A stretch of DNA of 64,000 nt from Cytophagales bacterium (GTDB lineage: Bacteria > Bacteroidota > Bacteroidia > Cytophagales > Cyclobacteriaceae). The notes under the pieces are model-generated. The model saw only the letters and a program-made list of their open reading frames with translations. It was not told the DNA's origin and made no database searches. Both the position numbers and the translations under genes were made by a program. The stretch spans positions 7,891 to 71,890 of the forward strand of contig DAHVFH010000039.1 of assembly GCA_027317105.1 (NCBI GenBank), written 5' to 3'. This document shows, in pieces, positions 63,047-64,000 of the stretch (within the stretch, counting starts at the first letter, position 1; each line of letters starts with the position of its first letter).

Positions 63047-64000
63047 ATGGAATTATACCTAGACTCTGCCGATCTCAAGGAAATTGAAGATGCTTTTCAA
63101 CTTGGCTTTCTCACTGGGCTTACGACCACTCCTACTTTTATGCACCGGGGCGGGATCACCGATGTGGATGGTTTGATTGTAAAACTCTCTAAAATTGTTC
63201 CTGTCCTTCAGATTGAAGCATTAGGTGACACAGCTCAAGATGTGTTAAAGGAAGCAAAACGCCAGTTGGCTTTGGGGCTCGACCCAAAGAAGACGGTTTT
63301 TAAAATCCCAGTTTCCTTAGAAGGCGTGAAGGCCTGTAATTTATTGAGAAGGGAAGGTTTATTGGTGAATGTGCATTTGATTTACACGTTGCAACAGGCC
63401 TACATGGCCATGCAAGCCGGTGCTTCTTATGTTTGTCCACTGGTTGGCCGTTTGCAAGATCAAGGCCATGATGCGCTTGACTTGGTTGACCAATGTGTGT
63501 TTGCAGTGAATCATTATGGCTATGATACTAAAGTGATGTTCTCCTCGGTGCGCAATGCCGAGCACGTGCGCAACGCAATCAATGCTGGTGTTCATACCAT
63601 CACTGTGCCCTGGAAGATTTTGAAATCGCTGACCGAAAATAATTTCACCACCTTAGGTACGCAGCAATTTGTAGAGCACACGCGCCTGATGACGGTGAAA
63701 GTAAAAGACGCCATCAACAAAGTGAACCCTATTGTTTCAGCTGACACTACCCTCACAGAAGCGATCGTGAAAATGACTGAGTTTGGCTTCGGGGCGATCA
63801 CGATTACCGATGGAAGTGGTAAAGTATCGGGTGTCTTTACGGATGGAGACTTACGTAGAAAACTTCAGCAAGATGGAAGAAACGTGCTCGGGCAAAAGAT
63901 GGGCGACTTTAAATACAGTGCGCCTATTGCCATCGATGCCAACGCGTTGCTTACAGATGCTGCCGATATTTTCAAGAAGTCGAAAGTGGATACTATTTTA
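63047..64000 (+). CDS. Fusion protein: FSA/TalC-like (transaldolase-family) aldolase domain plus KdsD/KpsF-type CBS pair; 3' end beyond the window (not in the ORF track)
   Basis: Open frame from the ATG at 63047 to the window end (318 codons). N-terminus MELYLDSADLKEIE...GLTTTPTF...TVFKIPVS (Schiff-base Lys context)...PLVGRL...SVRN. Then CBS-like VKDAINKVNPIVSADTTLTEAIVKMTEFGFGAITITDGSGKVSGVFTDGDLRRKL. Confidence 0.75.
   Translation, partial: MELYLDSADLKEIEDAFQLGFLTGLTTTPTFMHRGGITDVDGLIVKLSKIVPVLQIEALGDTAQDVLKEAKRQLALGLDPKKTVFKIPVSLEGVKACNLLRREGLLVNVHLIYTLQQAYMAMQAGASYVCPLVGRLQDQGHDALDLVDQCVFAVNHYGYDTKVMFSSVRNAEHVRNAINAGVHTITVPWKILKSLTENNFTTLGTQQFVEHTRLMTVKVKDAINKVNPIVSADTTLTEAIVKMTEFGFGAITITDGSGKVSGVFTDGDLRRKLQQDGRNVLGQKMGDFKYSAPIAIDANALLTDAADIFKKSKVDTIL

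Noticed and set aside
1-64000. Search for CRISPR arrays, tRNA/rRNA genes, IS elements, integrases, prophage or classic defence operons (RM, CBASS, toxin-antitoxin pairs).
   Set aside because: I saw no regularly spaced direct repeats, no T-loop or anticodon-arm signatures, no DDE or tyrosine-recombinase motifs, and no methyltransferase/endonuclease pairs. The only nuclease-type candidates are the degraded GxxExxY gene and the solitary YhcG gene, both reported separately.

Overview
The window looks like chromosomal DNA from a Bacteroidota-type genome. Supporting signs are lipoprotein-type signal peptides, SprB-type repeats, a Bacteroidetes-style arg operon with an acetyl/succinyl-ornithine carbamoyltransferase, TAnnTTTG-like -7 boxes and no obvious Shine-Dalgarno sites. 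I found no rRNA, tRNA, CRISPR array, transposase or integrase.

Gene content from left to right:
- a frameshifted GxxExxY gene, RidA, a GntP permease, trxA, and a NarL-type two-component pair
- a 1395-aa DnaE carrying an N-terminal DEDDh exonuclease domain
- sdhCAB
- a roughly 17-kb block (15968-32816) entirely on the minus strand. It combines a clade-II nos cluster (cytochrome c-nosZ-nosB-like-nosLDFY), an accessory operon (fasciclin, CopD/HemJ-like, cupin, group-III truncated haemoglobin), an sNOR-like heme-copper NO-reductase candidate with SenC, a Dnr-like Crp/Fnr regulator, ccoS (missed by the ORF track), ccoI and three universal-stress proteins
- a PAS histidine kinase with an unusual REC-Crp hybrid regulator
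- an ECF-sigma envelope cluster with three PSCyt1-like CxxCH lipoproteins
- a cytochrome c-porin-cytochrome c operon plus a Rieske protein
- an S9 peptidase, a CPA2 antiporter, an M48 peptidase
- an arg operon (GNAT-argG-argC-proC-argD-argF'-argB-argE-argH) interrupted by a YhcG nuclease gene, a small helical-protein gene and a NUDIX gene
- kdsA, followed by an FSA/transaldolase-like domain fused to KdsD-type CBS domains (open at the window end)

Main hunt results:
1. An nATGAT-N4-ATCATn palindrome recurs in front of the nos, NOR-like, USP and cytochrome/porin operons. It probably defines a low-oxygen/NO regulon for the two locally encoded Crp-family regulators.
2. The sNOR-like enzyme has Asn in place of the cross-linked Tyr.
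3. The REC-Crp hybrid regulator.
4. The aldolase-CBS fusion next to kdsA.
5. Three ORF-disrupting lesions: two frameshifts in the GxxExxY gene, an in-frame TGA near the argE 3' end, and an in-frame TAG or lost start at the ECF sigma gene.

All calls rest on reading translated motifs by eye. No database search, HMM or folding calculation was run.
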